Shown: positions 18,715-33,700 of the stretch, piece after piece
Layout of the letters: every line of letters starts with the position of its first letter
How positions within the stretch are numbered: position 1 is the first letter of the stretch
Source: an uncultured Pseudomonadales bacterium
Lineage (GTDB): Bacteria; Patescibacteriota; Microgenomatia; UBA1400; PJMF01
DNA length: 64,000 nt
Direction: 5' to 3'
Assembly: GCA_964620965.1 (NCBI GenBank)
Contig: CAZUHV010000003.1
Location: 98,093 to 162,092, forward strand
Notes under the pieces: model-generated
What the model was told of the DNA's origin: nothing
Databases searched by the model: none
Seen by the model: the letters and a program-made list of their open reading frames with translations, nothing else
Made by a program: the position numbers and the translations under genes

Positions 18715-21700
18715 CTAGTTCACTATCCACCAGTTGAATGAAACATCTGCTGATGCAGGAGAGTCAAATCCAACTACAAATTCGCCTTCATTTTCTGGGG
18801 TATTTGGATCGTCTTGCGCTTGAGATTTAACAAAGAGAACTTTATTATCTGTGCTGCCAACTGCAGTGACATAGACTAAGCTGTCGTTTGTAACAATTCC
18901 AGATTTAATGGTAACTTTGTCTGAACCAGCTTTTATTGTAGCTTTACCAGAGGTTTTGTTAGTTGAAAGTTCGTTTGTATCGCTAGATCCCAAGTTCTGA
19001 CTTTCAAGTCCGATTCCGCCAGCTATATCAACTTTTCCAGCAAATGCTGCATTTCCTTCTGCTGAGAAGGTGGCAACTGGGGTTCCAACTTCGTTGATGA
19101 TTTCGAATCTAGATTTTTTGACCTCGTTGGTTTGAGTATCAACACCAGCAACTTGAACCTGGAGTGGGTTACCAAACTCTGTAGGTTTGAGCATGTCTGT
19201 GAGGAGTGTGCCTGCGATTTTTGCATTACCTGTAACATCAAGGTCTCCATTGACAGTGACTTTGCCTGAATCATCAATTGTAACTATGCCCGCGAGTAAT
19301 TCGATAGAACCTTGACCTTCTGGTTGAATTTTAAGAATTTGGTTCGCAGGATCTGCGGTTGTGTATCTGATTAATCCATCAGCTATCAACATGCTGTCAC
19401 CAACAAAAAGGTCATTACCAACTGCTAGTGAATCAGACACGTATGCACCACCATTTACCTTGAGGTATTTCTCTACAAACAGGGCAGATCCAGTAAGAAC
19501 AACATCGTCGCTTGTCATGCTGAGTTCTGCAAAGCTTAAGTCCAAATCTGCGCTAGAGCTTGCATTGAACTCTGTTTTGTTAACTGTTGCATAGAGATCT
19601 TCCATAAATGAAGCAGAGGAGGTGCTTTCGTTAGTACCAAGTAAAATATCGAGTAAACCAGGTTGTTGTAGGGTAGTTGCAACTTTATTCTCAAAATCAT
19701 AGATAGAGTTCGCATACAAAGTGCCAGATACAGTAGCGGTAACAAGGTCTGCGGTTGTAGCTCTAACGCTTTCTAGTTGGGCAATTCCTGCCTCTAGGGC
19801 AGAAATACGTGCGGATGCAGCTGTAACTTCATTAGCAAGCAAGGTTCCAACCTGAGCAGTTCCAGAAATGGTAGCATTTTGAGCAACGAGGGTTCCAGAG
19901 ATGCTTACTTCATTTGCAAGTAAGTTACCGAGTTTTGAGTTTTGAGCAGTTAATGTTCCAGAAACCGTTGCATCTCCTTGAACCAGAAGTGAACCAAGAG
20001 TAGAAGAGCCAGATGCAGCTATAGAGTTAGTAATTACATCTTTAGAATTAAGGTTTCCAAGTAAGCTGAGGTTTCCGTCTTTGTTTATTTCTGCAGTTGT
20101 TTTTGTTCCATCGCTAAATTTGACTTTACCAGAGTTTGTAGCAGTGATGACAGTGTCGTTTCCGACTGGAGAAACAAGGGTAGAGTTATTTGAAGCGGTC
20201 TGGTTTCCAACAACACTTTGAATATAGCTGACTAGTGATTGACCGTTAATTGTAATAGTTTCTGCAGAGAGATTCTTGATTGTTGCAGTATTTTCAACGA
20301 TTAACTCTTTGGTGTTAGTAAGGCCTGCTTGGATTATGCCCAATATAGCTGAACGGGCACCAATAATTGTACTCAAAACATTATTATTTTTAGATTCTGT
20401 AACAATGTAATCAGATCCTGATTGAGTAATAACTATGCCTCCTATAGAGTCAAACATGATGTTGTTATTTTCCAAATTTTTCAGTTTGATTTGGTGCTTT
20501 TGTATTTCTGAAAGTAGTAGTGGCGCCAAGAATTGGTAAGAAACACCAGCAGGACTGCCATCTGTATCATAAAATGCCATTTCTGGGATTGTTTGAGCAA
20601 CCTCTTCAGCAATAAGTCCGTATTGGATTGTTCCCAAGCTATCCTTATATTCAAACTTTACGGGTCTTAAGTCATAAAGTTTCTTTGAAGTATTTTCTTG
20701 TATATTTTCTACGTTTGTTTTGTTTTTGATAGATGAAGATAAGTATCCTAGCTGACCATCAGAATTGACATAAACATTACGTGTACTTGAGGTAGTATTG
20801 TAAACTCCTGGCGCATATATGATTCCAGTACTACCTATTGTTAAACGTGTAGTGTTATTTGTCCTGAAATTCATAACATTGTTAAATGGGTTGTTTAAAT
20901 AAACCTGGTCAGTGTCCATCCATAATACTGAGTAATCAGTTCCACCTCTTTCTATTTTATATGCGTTAGTGCTTGAACTGGTATTGTCTTCAATTACAAT
21001 ACCTCCTCCGACAACGTCAAGAACTTGTGAAGCGGTTGTTGTTCCAATTCCAAGATTACCTGCAATATCAACATTTGTTCCATTTCCTCTCAAAAAATAG
21101 TTTACAGAAGTATTACTGTCTGCAAGGATAGAGTATCCACCTTCTTGAGTAATACCAAAGTAATCTGTACTACTATCATCACGAAGTACTATTCCATAGT
21201 TGGAAGTATTAGACTTAAGTTCAATATAACCATTCAAGTGAATCCAATCGTCTGAATTTTCGCCCATCGTTGCATCATCGTCAATGTACCCAGCGGCACC
21301 AATTTGAATATTTCCGCTTACTACTAATTTTTGTCCTGGACTCGTTGACCCAATACCCACATTTCCATCAGAATCTATAACCATTCTTTCTGTTAGAGAC
21401 CCTGCAGTGCTTTGTGTATAGAAACGGAGTATTCCAGGAACAATAGCTCCGCTAATTGTTCCTTCTGTATCAAAAGTAATTCTGCCGGCTTCAGACCAAG
21501 TGCTAGAAGCGCTTCTTCCATAGGCACGAAGCAAGAGAATGTCATCTCCAGTAGTTACAACAGATGGTGATGCTGCTGAACCTCTTGATTTTCTAATATT
21601 AAAGTGAACTCCAGTAGAGTTTGCAGTTGATTGTTGTGCATACATATCATTTGCGCTTGCATCGAATTGGAAGCCTCCAGTACTATCGCCTGCAATGATA

Positions 21701-24700
21701 TCTCCAGTTGCTGCAGTAACAATTGCAACAGGTGCATCTCCAACTGTTAGTGCTCCGTTTACATGAAGTCTTGTTTGTGGAGTAGAGGTAGATAAACCAA
21801 TATTTCCACCTGCTTCAACAAACATCACGTTTCCTGAGACTCCTTCTTCAATTAAGCTGAATCCGTTGAGTGCATTCCAGTCGTTTGCCCAACTCCAGTC
21901 GTGTCCATCTACATCTGTGTTTTCCATTCTGATTCTGCTATCTCCTGGATCAGCAATATGCAAGATTGTTCCTGGAGCAGTGGTTCCAATACCGATATTC
22001 CCACTAACAATGGACATATAGTAAGAGTTAGATATATATGAATGACCAAAGTTGATTGTATTTCCAATTCCACCTCCCGTCATAATATTTAGTCCGCCCC
22101 CATAGCTTGAGATTAGATTTGTTCCTGCAAAGGAAGAAGAGTTTGCATCAGAGTAACTTGATAAAGTTAGACTATTATCTCCACCTGCTACAAGGAGTGT
22201 AGTTGCTGCAGATGTTCCACTTGCTGTGTTATTTATTGCAACGGAAGTTAGAGCATCTTGATTTTTTTCTACAACCAAAAGCCTGCTTGGAGCAGTGGTT
22301 CCAATACCAACATTTGCTCCATCTATAACCAAGTAGTCATCTCCATATAAACCAATTCTTGCATCATAGTCTGTTCCGCCAATATCATTTTGGAAGTCCA
22401 GGTGAGGAATTCCACCGCCGCTTGTAAGTTCAATTGCATAGTTTCCACTTAAATCTTCTCCAGTTCGGAATCCAGGTCCGTTTGGAGTTGAATCCCTTCC
22501 AACACCTACAACATGTAGTTTTGAATCAGAGGTAGTGGTTCCAATACCAATGTTCCCCTCATGGTACATATTTCCACCTTCAGAGTAGACAGAGTAGTTA
22601 GAGGAGCTTCCAACATTCATATTGGCGATTTGTATACCTTTAAGGTGGTTGATTGTTCCACCACTAACACCTGGTGTGTACACTCTAACTAGTGCTAAGT
22701 TATCAACTATTGCTCCAGTGTAGACATCTGCGGCAGAGGTAAGGCCTTCTGAGTATGAAGTTGTGCCTCCATTTCCCCAGAACTTAAGTTGTGAAGAGTT
22801 TCCTTGTAATCCAGACAAAGTTCCAGAGGTGTGTGTTGTGCCAGTGACAGTTCTATATCCATATGCAGTCATTGCTCCAGAAACAGATTGAGTTATTTCA
22901 TTCATAAAGCCAATATAATCACCTGAACCAGAAGAGTTTGTTTTTACAACATGTAACTGAGAGGTTGGGCTTGTAGTTCCAATACCTAAATTCCCTGTAT
23001 CAGTTAGTCTCATTAGTTCGGTACTGGCATTATGAAGGAACTTAAAAGCATGGTTTGAACCATCATTATCAGCATCCATAGTAAAGTTAATATCTTGGTC
23101 ACTTTTAATTTCAGCTACTCCTGTGTCTCCGCTAAAGTACAGTTCTACACCTGCAGAGTTTGCTATGTCTAATTTCGCAGCTGGAGTAATAGAACCAATA
23201 CCGACATTACCACCATCAAGAACAGTGAAGACTTCTGTAGATCCATCAAATAAGTTAAGGATATCTTCGGTTGAGCTATTGCGAACGTCAAGTCTTGCAC
23301 CTGGAGTTGTGGTTCCAATACCTGCATTACTTGCAAGTACCATAGAAGTTGTGCCACCAGCAGGATCAACATAATAGGAACTATTGCTCACATCAGAAAA
23401 TCTTTCTGCGTATAAATATCCAGTATTTGCCATTCTAAATCTAGTTACACCTGCAGAGTTACTTGCTGTAAGAATATCCTGATCCCCAAGTTCTTTGAGT
23501 AAGACCAATGCTTTTCCTGTTACTGCAGTATTAACTTCAAAGCCATGTGTTGGGGTTGCAGTTCCGATACCAACTTTACCAATATTATCAATTACTAGTC
23601 TTTCAGTTCCAGCAGTATCAAATCTGATGTAGTCTTCGTCTGCAGACTCCTCAACCTGAATTTTTGTATCTCCGTCTGCATCAGAAATACCAGAAGCTAT
23701 TATGTCTCCTGAAGAATAAATATTTGTGAACCTTCTTGAAGCAGAGCCAAGAGAATAGGTATCGTCTGCTGTTGGGCCAATGTTTCCGGCAACTTCGAGT
23801 AAGAAACTTGTTGGGGCAGTGGTTCCAATACCGACGTTTCCTGTAGAAGTAATCACAAACTCTGCGGTTGCATCTGCGTCTGGATCAAAGCCGAAGTAAT
23901 TATCTGTGGTGTTGTAAGTAAGGATTCCTTCATCACCTGAATTACCAATATGGATACTTGCTCCTTTTACATACAAGGAATCCCATCTTACGGAATCTGA
24001 ACCTAAACTACTTGCTCCGTCTGAAGCAGGAAGCAGATCATCAGATAGAATGAAATTAGAAGAATCCCATCTAAGATATTCTGTGCCTGCATTGCCAAAG
24101 TACAAATAGTTTGCAAGCTCTATTTCTCCAGCAACGTCGAGTTTTTGACCTGGAGTCGTGGTGCCGATACCAATATTGCCTGCATCTGTAATTACCATAT
24201 CTGGAGAAACTAAACTTCCTCCTCCCGTGAAACGGAGACTCCCGTCATTGTACTGCCCAAGTCCTGCAGGGTTTGGTGTGCCATCATTATCACTTTGGAA
24301 GAATAGTGAAGCATCATTAGCAGAGCCAACGTTTGTATCTGTTGTTATGAATAATTGACTTGCACTGCTTGTTCTATGAATTTGTAATGCTGAAAGTGTT
24401 GTGTTGGTGCCAATACCGATATTAGCATTAAGACCATCAAGGAAGAACGCGTTAGCATTGGTATCAGATTCAATTCTAAAATCTGAGTCATTGCCTTGTT
24501 CGTTGAATACAGCAGAACCGTTAGAGTAGAGTTGGATATCAGCAGAGGCTGTAGAAGTGCCACCAATAGCCAAATCAACTACAGAAGCATATTCGTTTTT
24601 AGGATGGAGTACATTAAGAGTATTAGCCCAAAGAGTTGCACTTGTTGCAATAGAAGCAGGATCAGTCCAGGTCATTGCACCACCACCAGAAGAGGTGAGG

Positions 24701-27700
24701 AGATATCCAGAAGTGCCAGCATTACCAGCCACTCTAATTGCGTCTGTCAAATTAAATTCCCCGACTAGGTCAAGTGCATATCCTGGAGCTGTAGAACCAA
24801 TTCCGACGTTGCCATTTGCATCAATGGTTACTTTTTCGGTTCCAGCGGTTACTATACCAATAGTATCTATCGCAGGTCTGTACAATCCAGTGTTAGTGTC
24901 ACTTGCAAATGAGAATGTTGGTCCACCAACAGTTCCATTACCTGCATAGTAGGTTCGAGCCGTTACATCGTTGTCTACTGATACATCTCCATCTTCATCA
25001 ACAGTAAATCTTGTAGAATCCGCATCTGTCCCAATTTGGAATAGTATTTGGTTTGGAGTAGGGCTATTTTGGAAAATATTTAGGTTAGCAACTGGTGTTG
25101 CGGTGCCGAGTCCAATGTTACCATCAGAACCTTGAAAGAAGAACGCGTTGGCATTTGTGTCTGATTCAATTCTAAAGTCAGAGTCATTGCCTTGTTCGTT
25201 GAATACAGCAGAACCATTAGAGTATAGTTGGATATCAGCAGAGGCAGTAGAGGTGCCACCGATAGCTAAATCAACAACAGAAGCATATTCGTTTTTAGGA
25301 TGGAAGACATTTAATGTGTTTGCCCAAAGGTTAGCTCCAGAACCTAAGGTACTTGGGTCAGTCCAGGTCATAGCACCACCAGCAGATGAAGTGAGGAGGT
25401 ATCCAGAAGTACCAGCATCACCTGCAACTCTAATTGCATCTGTGAGGTTGAATTCGCCAACTAAATCAAGAGTGTATCCTGGAGAGGAGCTACCAATACC
25501 AACATTACCACCATTTGCAGAAAGGATGACAGCATCTGTTGCAGCATCACCGATAAGTAGGTTTCCAGTATTGTTCATGATGTAGGAGTTTGTGCCGTCA
25601 TGGTATAGCTCTAAATCTTGTCCTTCACCAAGTATGATGTTTCCACCACCACTGGTTCCACCTGCTACCCCGTCGCCATCTTCATCTAAAATCCAGTCTC
25701 CAGCCTCACCCCAAATGCCATAGTTATTCGAAGAAGCTGCTGTGATAGCAGTCATATACAGACCATATAAAGTTTGGAAGGAACCACCCCCTGTATCACT
25801 AATTGTTTGTAATCTAAAACCATGTCCAACGGCTACGTTTCCTGATCCAGATAGGTACATATTTGCGTTATACGCAGTTCCATAGGTAATTGTTCCAGCT
25901 CCAGAATTAGTAAATGCTCCAGTAACAGCAGTTCCATTTGTTAAAGTTCCAGCAGTTCCTTGATAGTTGATTGATCCTTGAACACCAGAAAGACCGGAAA
26001 GTGTATTACTTGATCCACTAGGGGTTGTTGCAGAACCAGAAATAGCATTATATGCAGATGCAGCACTATCTATACCATAGACACTTACTCCCAATGCATT
26101 TTGAGTGCTACCTCCGGTATAGCTTGAGACGTATCCAATAGATGCAGCTCCTGTAGAAGAGTTACCTGCACTAGTAGTAATGTTGAGGGGAGCAGTAGGG
26201 CTAGTACTGCCGATACCTACGTTTCCTGCAAAATAGTTTTTTGTGCTACTGCCAGATTGATATACACCATAACTACTAGAAGAGTTGTTTGCAATATCAA
26301 CTGCTCTAAAGTCAGCTGCGCTTGTAAGAGTTGGGTTAATATAAACACCTCTGGTAATTGCAGTTGTTCCACCTGTTTGGTTAATAGTAGATCCAAAATA
26401 GAGACCGTTATAAGAGATATCTTTTGTTGCTGCATTTGGAGAAAATGATTGAGCAACTTTAACTCCATTAACTATGCTGCCAACCAAATTATTTGTAGGG
26501 TCGAAAGTTATTGTATTTGCTAGATCTAGGCCTCCGATATTGCTTGAGTTATTTGTAATATTTTGTGTGGTAGAAAGTTTAATGCCACTTGCATTTGAAA
26601 TAGTTCTACCAGTGTAGAGTTCTAACCCAGCAGTAGTTGTAGTAGTGAGTGCTGATGGGTACATGACAAAACCATTACTGCTTGTTCCAGGAGTATTAAA
26701 CAAGTAAGTATCTGAGGTGTCATCGTAGTATAAGGAAAGCTGTCCCCCAGAACTAACAACGTCGTTAAAAAAAGTAAATCTGTTAATACGGAATGAGTTT
26801 CCACCACTATTGCCTAGTGTACCAATACCTATATTTCCTCCGACAGAGCCTACTTGAAGTTGTGAGGTTGGGTTTGTTGTTCCAATTCCCAAGTTTCCAC
26901 CATTAAAGTATGAACTTCCATTACTATTAAGAGTAATATCTTGGTTCGAAGAGGCATCATAGATAAATAATTGTTGATCTACACCAGATCTAAACATTCT
27001 AGTTTGTCCATATTCGGAACTTAAATAAAGAATTCCATAACTGCTTGCTCCAGTTCTAGCTTCAACTTTACCTCCATAAATATCTGTTGAAAGTTGGAGC
27101 ACAGCATTTGTTGAATAGTCATTGCTTAATTCAAATTTAGAACCTGGTGTTGAAGTTCCAATACCAATATTTCCATCAGAACCCTGAAGGAAAAAGGCGT
27201 TAGCATTTGTGTCTGATTCAATTCTAAAGTCAGAGTCATTGCCTTGTTCGTTGAATACAGCAGAACCATTAGAGTATAGTTGGATATCAGCAGAGGCAGT
27301 GGATGTACCACCAATAGCTAAATCAACAACGCTTGCATATTCATTTTTAGGATGAAGGACATTAAGGGTATTAGCCCAAAGATTAAAACCAGAACCTAAA
27401 GTGCTTGGGTCAGTCCAGGTCATTGCGCCACCACCAGATGAGGTTAGTAAGTATCCAGAGGTTCCGGCGTCGTTGTTTGCATATAGTCCTGAGGTGATGT
27501 TTACTGCTCCATTAACATCAAGTTTTCTTGTAGGACTAATAGAGCCAATTCCTAGATTTCCACTAGCGTTAATCACACTCAAGGCTGTTCCTGCACTATC
27601 TTGCCACTCTTGGATATTTGCAGTACCACTTGGTCCTCCTTTGACAACTAAGCCTTTGCCTCCAGCATATGTCGCAGAGATAGTAGCAGTGTTAGCAGCA

Positions 27701-30700
27701 AGATCGCCACTAACATCAAGCCTTGCACCTGGAGTTGTGGTTCCAATACCTGCATTACCTGCAAGAGTCATAGAAGTTGTGCTTCCAGCAGGGTCTACAT
27801 AGTAAGAATCATTACTAATATCGGAGAATCTTTCTGCATATACGTATCCAGTATTTGCTATTCTCATTCTAGTAGTGCCGCTTGAGCTTGCTGTGAAAAT
27901 ATCTTGGTTACCTGTTTGGTTTAGGATTGCTAAAGCTTTACCTGTTGCTGCACCATCAATATTGAGTAGTCCGATTGGGGTTGCAGAACCAATCCCAACA
28001 TTTCCTAGACCATTAACAATAAACTCTGTTGTTGGAGTACCATCATAGTCGCTTATAAGTTCTAGTAAGCTCCAGTTAGCGGTTGGTGATTGAGCAGATC
28101 TTCCAAGTATTACAGGACCTGTAGGGGTGGCACTTCCATTTGTTCTAGAGAAGGCTCCAACAGCAGCACCAGGTATGTTGGTAACACTTGAATTAACACT
28201 CATTGCACCTACAGAACCAGATTGTAATTCTGTAGCAGTGAACTCTGATCTTCCACGTCCCATCATTACAAACATTGTGCTTTCGTCGCCATCAATAAAA
28301 CGAAATGCAACATGATTGGATCCCAGTGATGTTCCTGTATCTTGTGTTTTTGCTTGGAATGTTATTCTTCCTGCTCCGTTACCATTATCGGCCTGGCTAC
28401 CAACTAGTTTTAGAGCTCCATTATATGTGCTTCCTCCATTAACTATACCAGTTATTAGTAATCCACCATTACTAGAATTATTGATCCCGATTCTTCCAAA
28501 AGTATCGGCTGGAAGTACTGTTGTAACACTATGTGTAATACTTGAACTAGAAAGATCAAGACCTGGAGTTGTACTACTTTGTAGCTCTAGTTTGTTTGTT
28601 GGGTTAGTAGTGCCAATCCCAACATTTCCACCAAAATAAGCTTGGCCATTAGATTGTAAGTGTATATCTGCAGAAGCAGTAGAAGTACCACCTAAAACTA
28701 AGTCAACTATGCTAGCATACTCATCTTTAGGATGTAGTACATTAAGAGTATTTTCCCACCAGCCAGCCCCAGTAATATCATCTGGATCAGTCCAGGTGTT
28801 GGCACCACCACCAGAAGAGGTTAGGAAGTATCCAGTTGTCCCAGCGTCTCCAGCTATTCTGATTGCGTCTGTTAGATTGAGCTCACCGGTAATTTGGGTG
28901 TTGCCAACAACGTCAAGTTTATATCCAGGAGAAGCAGATCCTATCCCCACATTGCCACTGCTGTTAATTGCAAAAATATCACCGTTACTTGCTGCACTAC
29001 TTCTGATTTGGAAGTAATCAGCTGTTGGTGTTGCACCACCTTTGAAGTACGCAACAGGAGAGGTAACAGAAGCAGCATTTTGAACGACTTTAAAAGAAGC
29101 GTCAACATAGTTGAGAGAGATCCCAACACCTCTAGAAGTTCCTACAGTACCACCGATAAGAGAAATATCTCCAGCAGACATACCAGTGCCAACGTTATAT
29201 CCAAAGTCCATTCTGGTAGCATATCCACCAGAAGTAATAGAGGAATTAGTAGAGTTAGTAGCCATGTAGATAGCAGCGGTACCAGAAGGACCAGCACTGA
29301 TATTTAGTCTACCGGCCCCAGTGTAAGAAGAACCAATACCAACATTACCATCATTTGCGATAATAAATTGAGTAGTACCAGAAGCAGAGGCAGTAAAGAT
29401 AGCTTGATTTCCAGTTTGATTTAGAATAGTGAGAGCTTTCCCTGTTGCTGCGCCGTTTACATTTAAAAGACCAATAGGAGCGCTACTACCAATTCCAACA
29501 TTGCCTCCAAAGTATGATTGTGTAGTTCCAGCAGTATAGATTGCATAGTTGTTTGTACCTTGAGTCAAAGCTTCTACGTATAAACCGTATAGGTTTGGAA
29601 TAGTTCCGCTTGTTATTGTGTTTCTAGCTTGGAAAAATGCGGTACTACCTGTGACTGATCCTAAAGCTCCGTGTAGTCTAGACTGAATACCAATAAGTTC
29701 TCCAGTAACTGTGGAAGATGCGTTATTTGTCACTATGCTTCTGCTACCATATTCATTACCAATTGAATATGCACCAGAGATATTTGTATAAACATATGAT
29801 CCATCTATTGTTGATGTAGTGCTTGCATCTGCATACACAAATGCAAGTATACCGGCGGCTCCGCCACTTCCTGTTTTATGTAAATCTATGTTGTAACCAT
29901 AAACAGAACTAGAATTATTTATTGTTCTTGAACCTGCTAAGATTGATCTGCTTGCTTGTCCTGGATCTGCGAAAAGGTAGATCCCATTTGATGGAATTAT
30001 TCCAAGTAAACCAGAGGAATCTACTCCAAATGTTGTTTCTTTAGATCCTGTAGGCTGAGTTATTTTGAATTGTGGACTTGTTGTTGAACTTACCTCTAAT
30101 TTTGCACTAGGAGCAGTAGAACCAATTCCGACATTGCCACCAAAGTAAGCTTGACCATTCGATTGTAAGTGGATATCTGCAGAGGCAGTGGATGTGCCAC
30201 CAATAATAAGATCAACTACAGAAGCATACTCGTCGGTAGGATGATACACATTTAAAGTATTTGTCCAAAGAGTAGAAGCAACTAATGAAGCAGGGTCAGT
30301 CCAGGTCATAGCACCACCGCCGGATGAAGTGAGGAGGTAGCCGGAAGTGCCAGCGTCGCCAGAAGAACGAATAGCATCTGTTAGATTGAGTTCACCAGTG
30401 ATTTGGGTGTTGCCAACAACGTCAAGTTTATATCCTGGAGAAGAAGATCCTATCCCCACATTGCCACTGCTGTTAATTGCAAAAATATCACCGTTACTTG
30501 CTGCACTACTTCTGATTTGGAAGTAATCAGCTGTTGGTGTTGCACCACCTTTGAAGTACGCAACAGGAGAGGTAACAGAAGCAGCATTTTGAACGACTTT
30601 AAAAGAAGCGTCAACATAGTTGAGAGAGATCCCAACACCTCTAGAAGTTCCTACAGTACCACCGATAAGAGAAATATCTCCAGCAGACATACCAGTGCCA

Positions 30701-33700
30701 ACGTTATATCCAAAGTCCATTCTGGTAGCATATCCACCAGAAGTAATAGAGGAATTAGTAGAGTTAGTAGCCATGTAGATAGCAGCGGTACCAGAAGGAC
30801 CAGCACTGATATTTAGTCTACCGGCCCCAGTGTAAGAAGAACCAATACCAACATTACCATCATTTGCGATAATAAATTGAGTAGTACCAGAAGCAGAGGC
30901 AGTAAAGATAGCTTGATTTCCAGTTTGATTTAGAATAGTGAGAGCTTTCCCTGTTGCTGCGCCGTTTACATTTAAAAGACCAATAGGAGCGCTACTACCA
31001 ATTCCAACATTGCCTCCAAAGTATGATTGTGTAGTTCCAGCAGTATAGATTGCATAGTTGTTTGTACCTTGAGTCAAAGCTTCTACGTATAAACCGTATA
31101 GGTTTGGAATAGTTCCGCTTGTTATTGTGTTTCTAGCTTGGAAAAATGCGGTACTACCTGTGACTGATCCTAAAGCTCCGTGTAGTCTAGACTGAATACC
31201 AATAAGTTCTCCAGTAACTGTGGAAGATGCGTTATTTGTCACTATGCTTCTGCTACCATATTCATTACCAATTGAATATGCACCAGAGATATTTGTATAA
31301 ACATATGATCCATCTATTGTTGATGTAGTGCTTGCATCTGCATACACAAATGCAAGTATACCGGCGGCTCCGCCACTTCCTGTTTTATGTAAATCTATGT
31401 TGTAACCATAAACAGAACTAGAATTATTTATTGTTCTTGAACCTGCTAAGATTGATCTGCTTGCTTGTCCTGGATCTGCGAAAAGGTAGATCCCATTTGA
31501 TGGAATTATTCCAAGTAAACCAGAGGAATCTACTCCAAATGTTGTTTCTTTAGATCCTGTAGGCTGAGTTATTTTGAATTGTGGACTTGTTGTTGAACTT
31601 ACCTCTAATTTTGCACTAGGAGCAGTAGAACCAATTCCGACATTGCCACCAAAGTAAGCTTGACCATTCGATTGTAAGTGGATATCTGCAGAGGCAGTGG
31701 ATGTGCCACCAATAATAAGATCAACTACAGAAGCATACTCGTCGGTAGGATGATACACATTTAAAGTATTTGTCCAAAGAGTAGAAGCAACTAATGAAGC
31801 AGGGTCAGTCCAGGTCATAGCACCACCGCCGGATGAAGTGAGGAGGTAGCCGGAAGTGCCAGCGTCGCCAGAAGAACGAATAGCATCTGTTAGATTGAGT
31901 TCACCAGTGATTTGGGTGTTGCCAACAACGTCAAGTTTATATCCTGGAGAAGAAGATCCTATCCCCACATTGCCACTGCTGTTAATTGCAAAAATATCTC
32001 CTGTAGCTGAACCATTTGTAGCAATTTGCAAGTAGTCAAGTGTTGGGCTAGATTCATGCTCAAATCTTACTAGTGCAATGTCGGAGTTGCCAGTGAAACC
32101 AACTACCCCAAAGCTGGCAGCTGTTGTAGGTGCAGCAGGACCAACAAAAGCTCCATTTGCGCCATTTCCTCCCGCAGTGAGTTGCATTACTAGTTCGGAA
32201 GTAGAAACATAAAAATATTGTGATGAACCAGATCTATACATTAGAGAGTCGTCGGAGTTGCCTGTGCCTGTTCCAATAGAAGCCTCTGTAGTTCCTGCTT
32301 GTTGAAATAGGATTCTAGTTTCTTGACCATGAGTTTGGTGGTTCATTTTAATGTACTGGTTAGCATCGCTGTAGAGTTCTAGTAATGCAGTTGCATTGCT
32401 AGTGCCTATACCAACATTTCCTGAAGTATTCACAGAAGATAAAACAGTCCCAGCACTATTTTGCCATTCTTGAATATTAGCAGTGCCACTTGGGCCTCCT
32501 TTTGCTATGAGTGCAGTGCCACCTGCATAGGTAGCGGAGAAGGTTGCTCCAGGTGCATGTAAGTAACCTTCTAGGTCTAAATCTGACTGAACAATAACTT
32601 TACCCGTTCCATCGGGAGCGAGAGTAATGTTGCCATTTGAACCCGAAGATGTCTGTAAAACTAAAGCTTGAGCTTCAATAGTGAAAGATCCTGAGGTTGC
32701 TTTAAGAGAAGGCGAAACTTCCCCTAACAAGACTTGTCCACCGGCATCCATTGTGAGAATTGTGTTTGTGGTTGCCGCTCCTGTGGCAGAAACAGGGTAT
32801 CCTTGAACGGTTTCAGAGTTGAGAGCATAGGCGACGGTTTTGATTGATTGTCTTGGGTCAAGAGTTTCAGATTCAATCTCAACTTCTAACCAGACGTTTG
32901 AGTTCTCAGTAAAGACATTTTCTGTGATTTCAGATCCACAGTCATCTCCTAGACCAACATTAAAAATACCATCTTGATCTGGAGTGACGCTACAAGTTCC
33001 AGAACTCCAGAGTTGAGTTCCTCCAGAACTGTTGTCATACAGTCTAAAAGCCATATCAGTTGAGGTAGTTATTGGGTTTTGTGCGGCATCTGTCAATCTA
33101 CCTTGAAAGGAAAGCTCTCGATTTGGTCGTACAGGGGTACTTGGATACGCAAATGGAGTAGGTGCTTGCTTGATAAATTGTTGATAGCCCAATACACCAA
33201 GTCCAATTGCAAACACAACCATCATTACCAGGTTTAAATATGGCAAAAATTGCTTATTTCTTTTGGTATTTATTTGGTTTGCGAAGTCTTTTAAGCTAGA
33301 TCTAATGCCTGCATATATTTTTCGAGTTTCCTCACTATTTGTAAGTTCTTTCTCTGATTTTGTTGTATTACCTGATTTTTTTTCTAACTCTTCTGCTGCA
33401 AAGTCTGGAACTGGGAGTTTCCAACCATGCTTTACTTGGTTTTGGTTTGTTTGGTGAGCATGAACAAGGGTATTTGGCTTGAGTTTTAATTCAAATTTTT
33501 GTGGAGTAGAGGTTGTAAATTTTGCATTTGGGATTATTGAGTGAGTAGATACAGTTTCTCTCTGAGAGGAAACTGTGGTTGTTTGATTACCAACTCGGCT
33601 ATGATCTTGAGCAATAACTTCTTGAGTTTCAAAGAGCTGTCCTTGAAGTAAGTGGATCCATGAAGAGACTCTCTCAATGAGACTTCTGTCTTGAGCCCAG

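Noticed and set aside
23123-30816. Multiple 60-145-aa ORFs on the plus strand inside the giant gene (e.g. 24557..24949, 25148..25585, 27401..27802, 28894..29307, 30403..30816) and short minus-strand ORFs in other frames
   Set aside because: They are antisense or out-of-frame to a continuous 16-kb ORF. They recur only because the underlying DNA is tandemly repeated, as the identical pair at +1509 bp shows. Their translations are Pro/Ser-rich reverse-frame artefacts of the Gly/Ser/Thr-rich sense frame.
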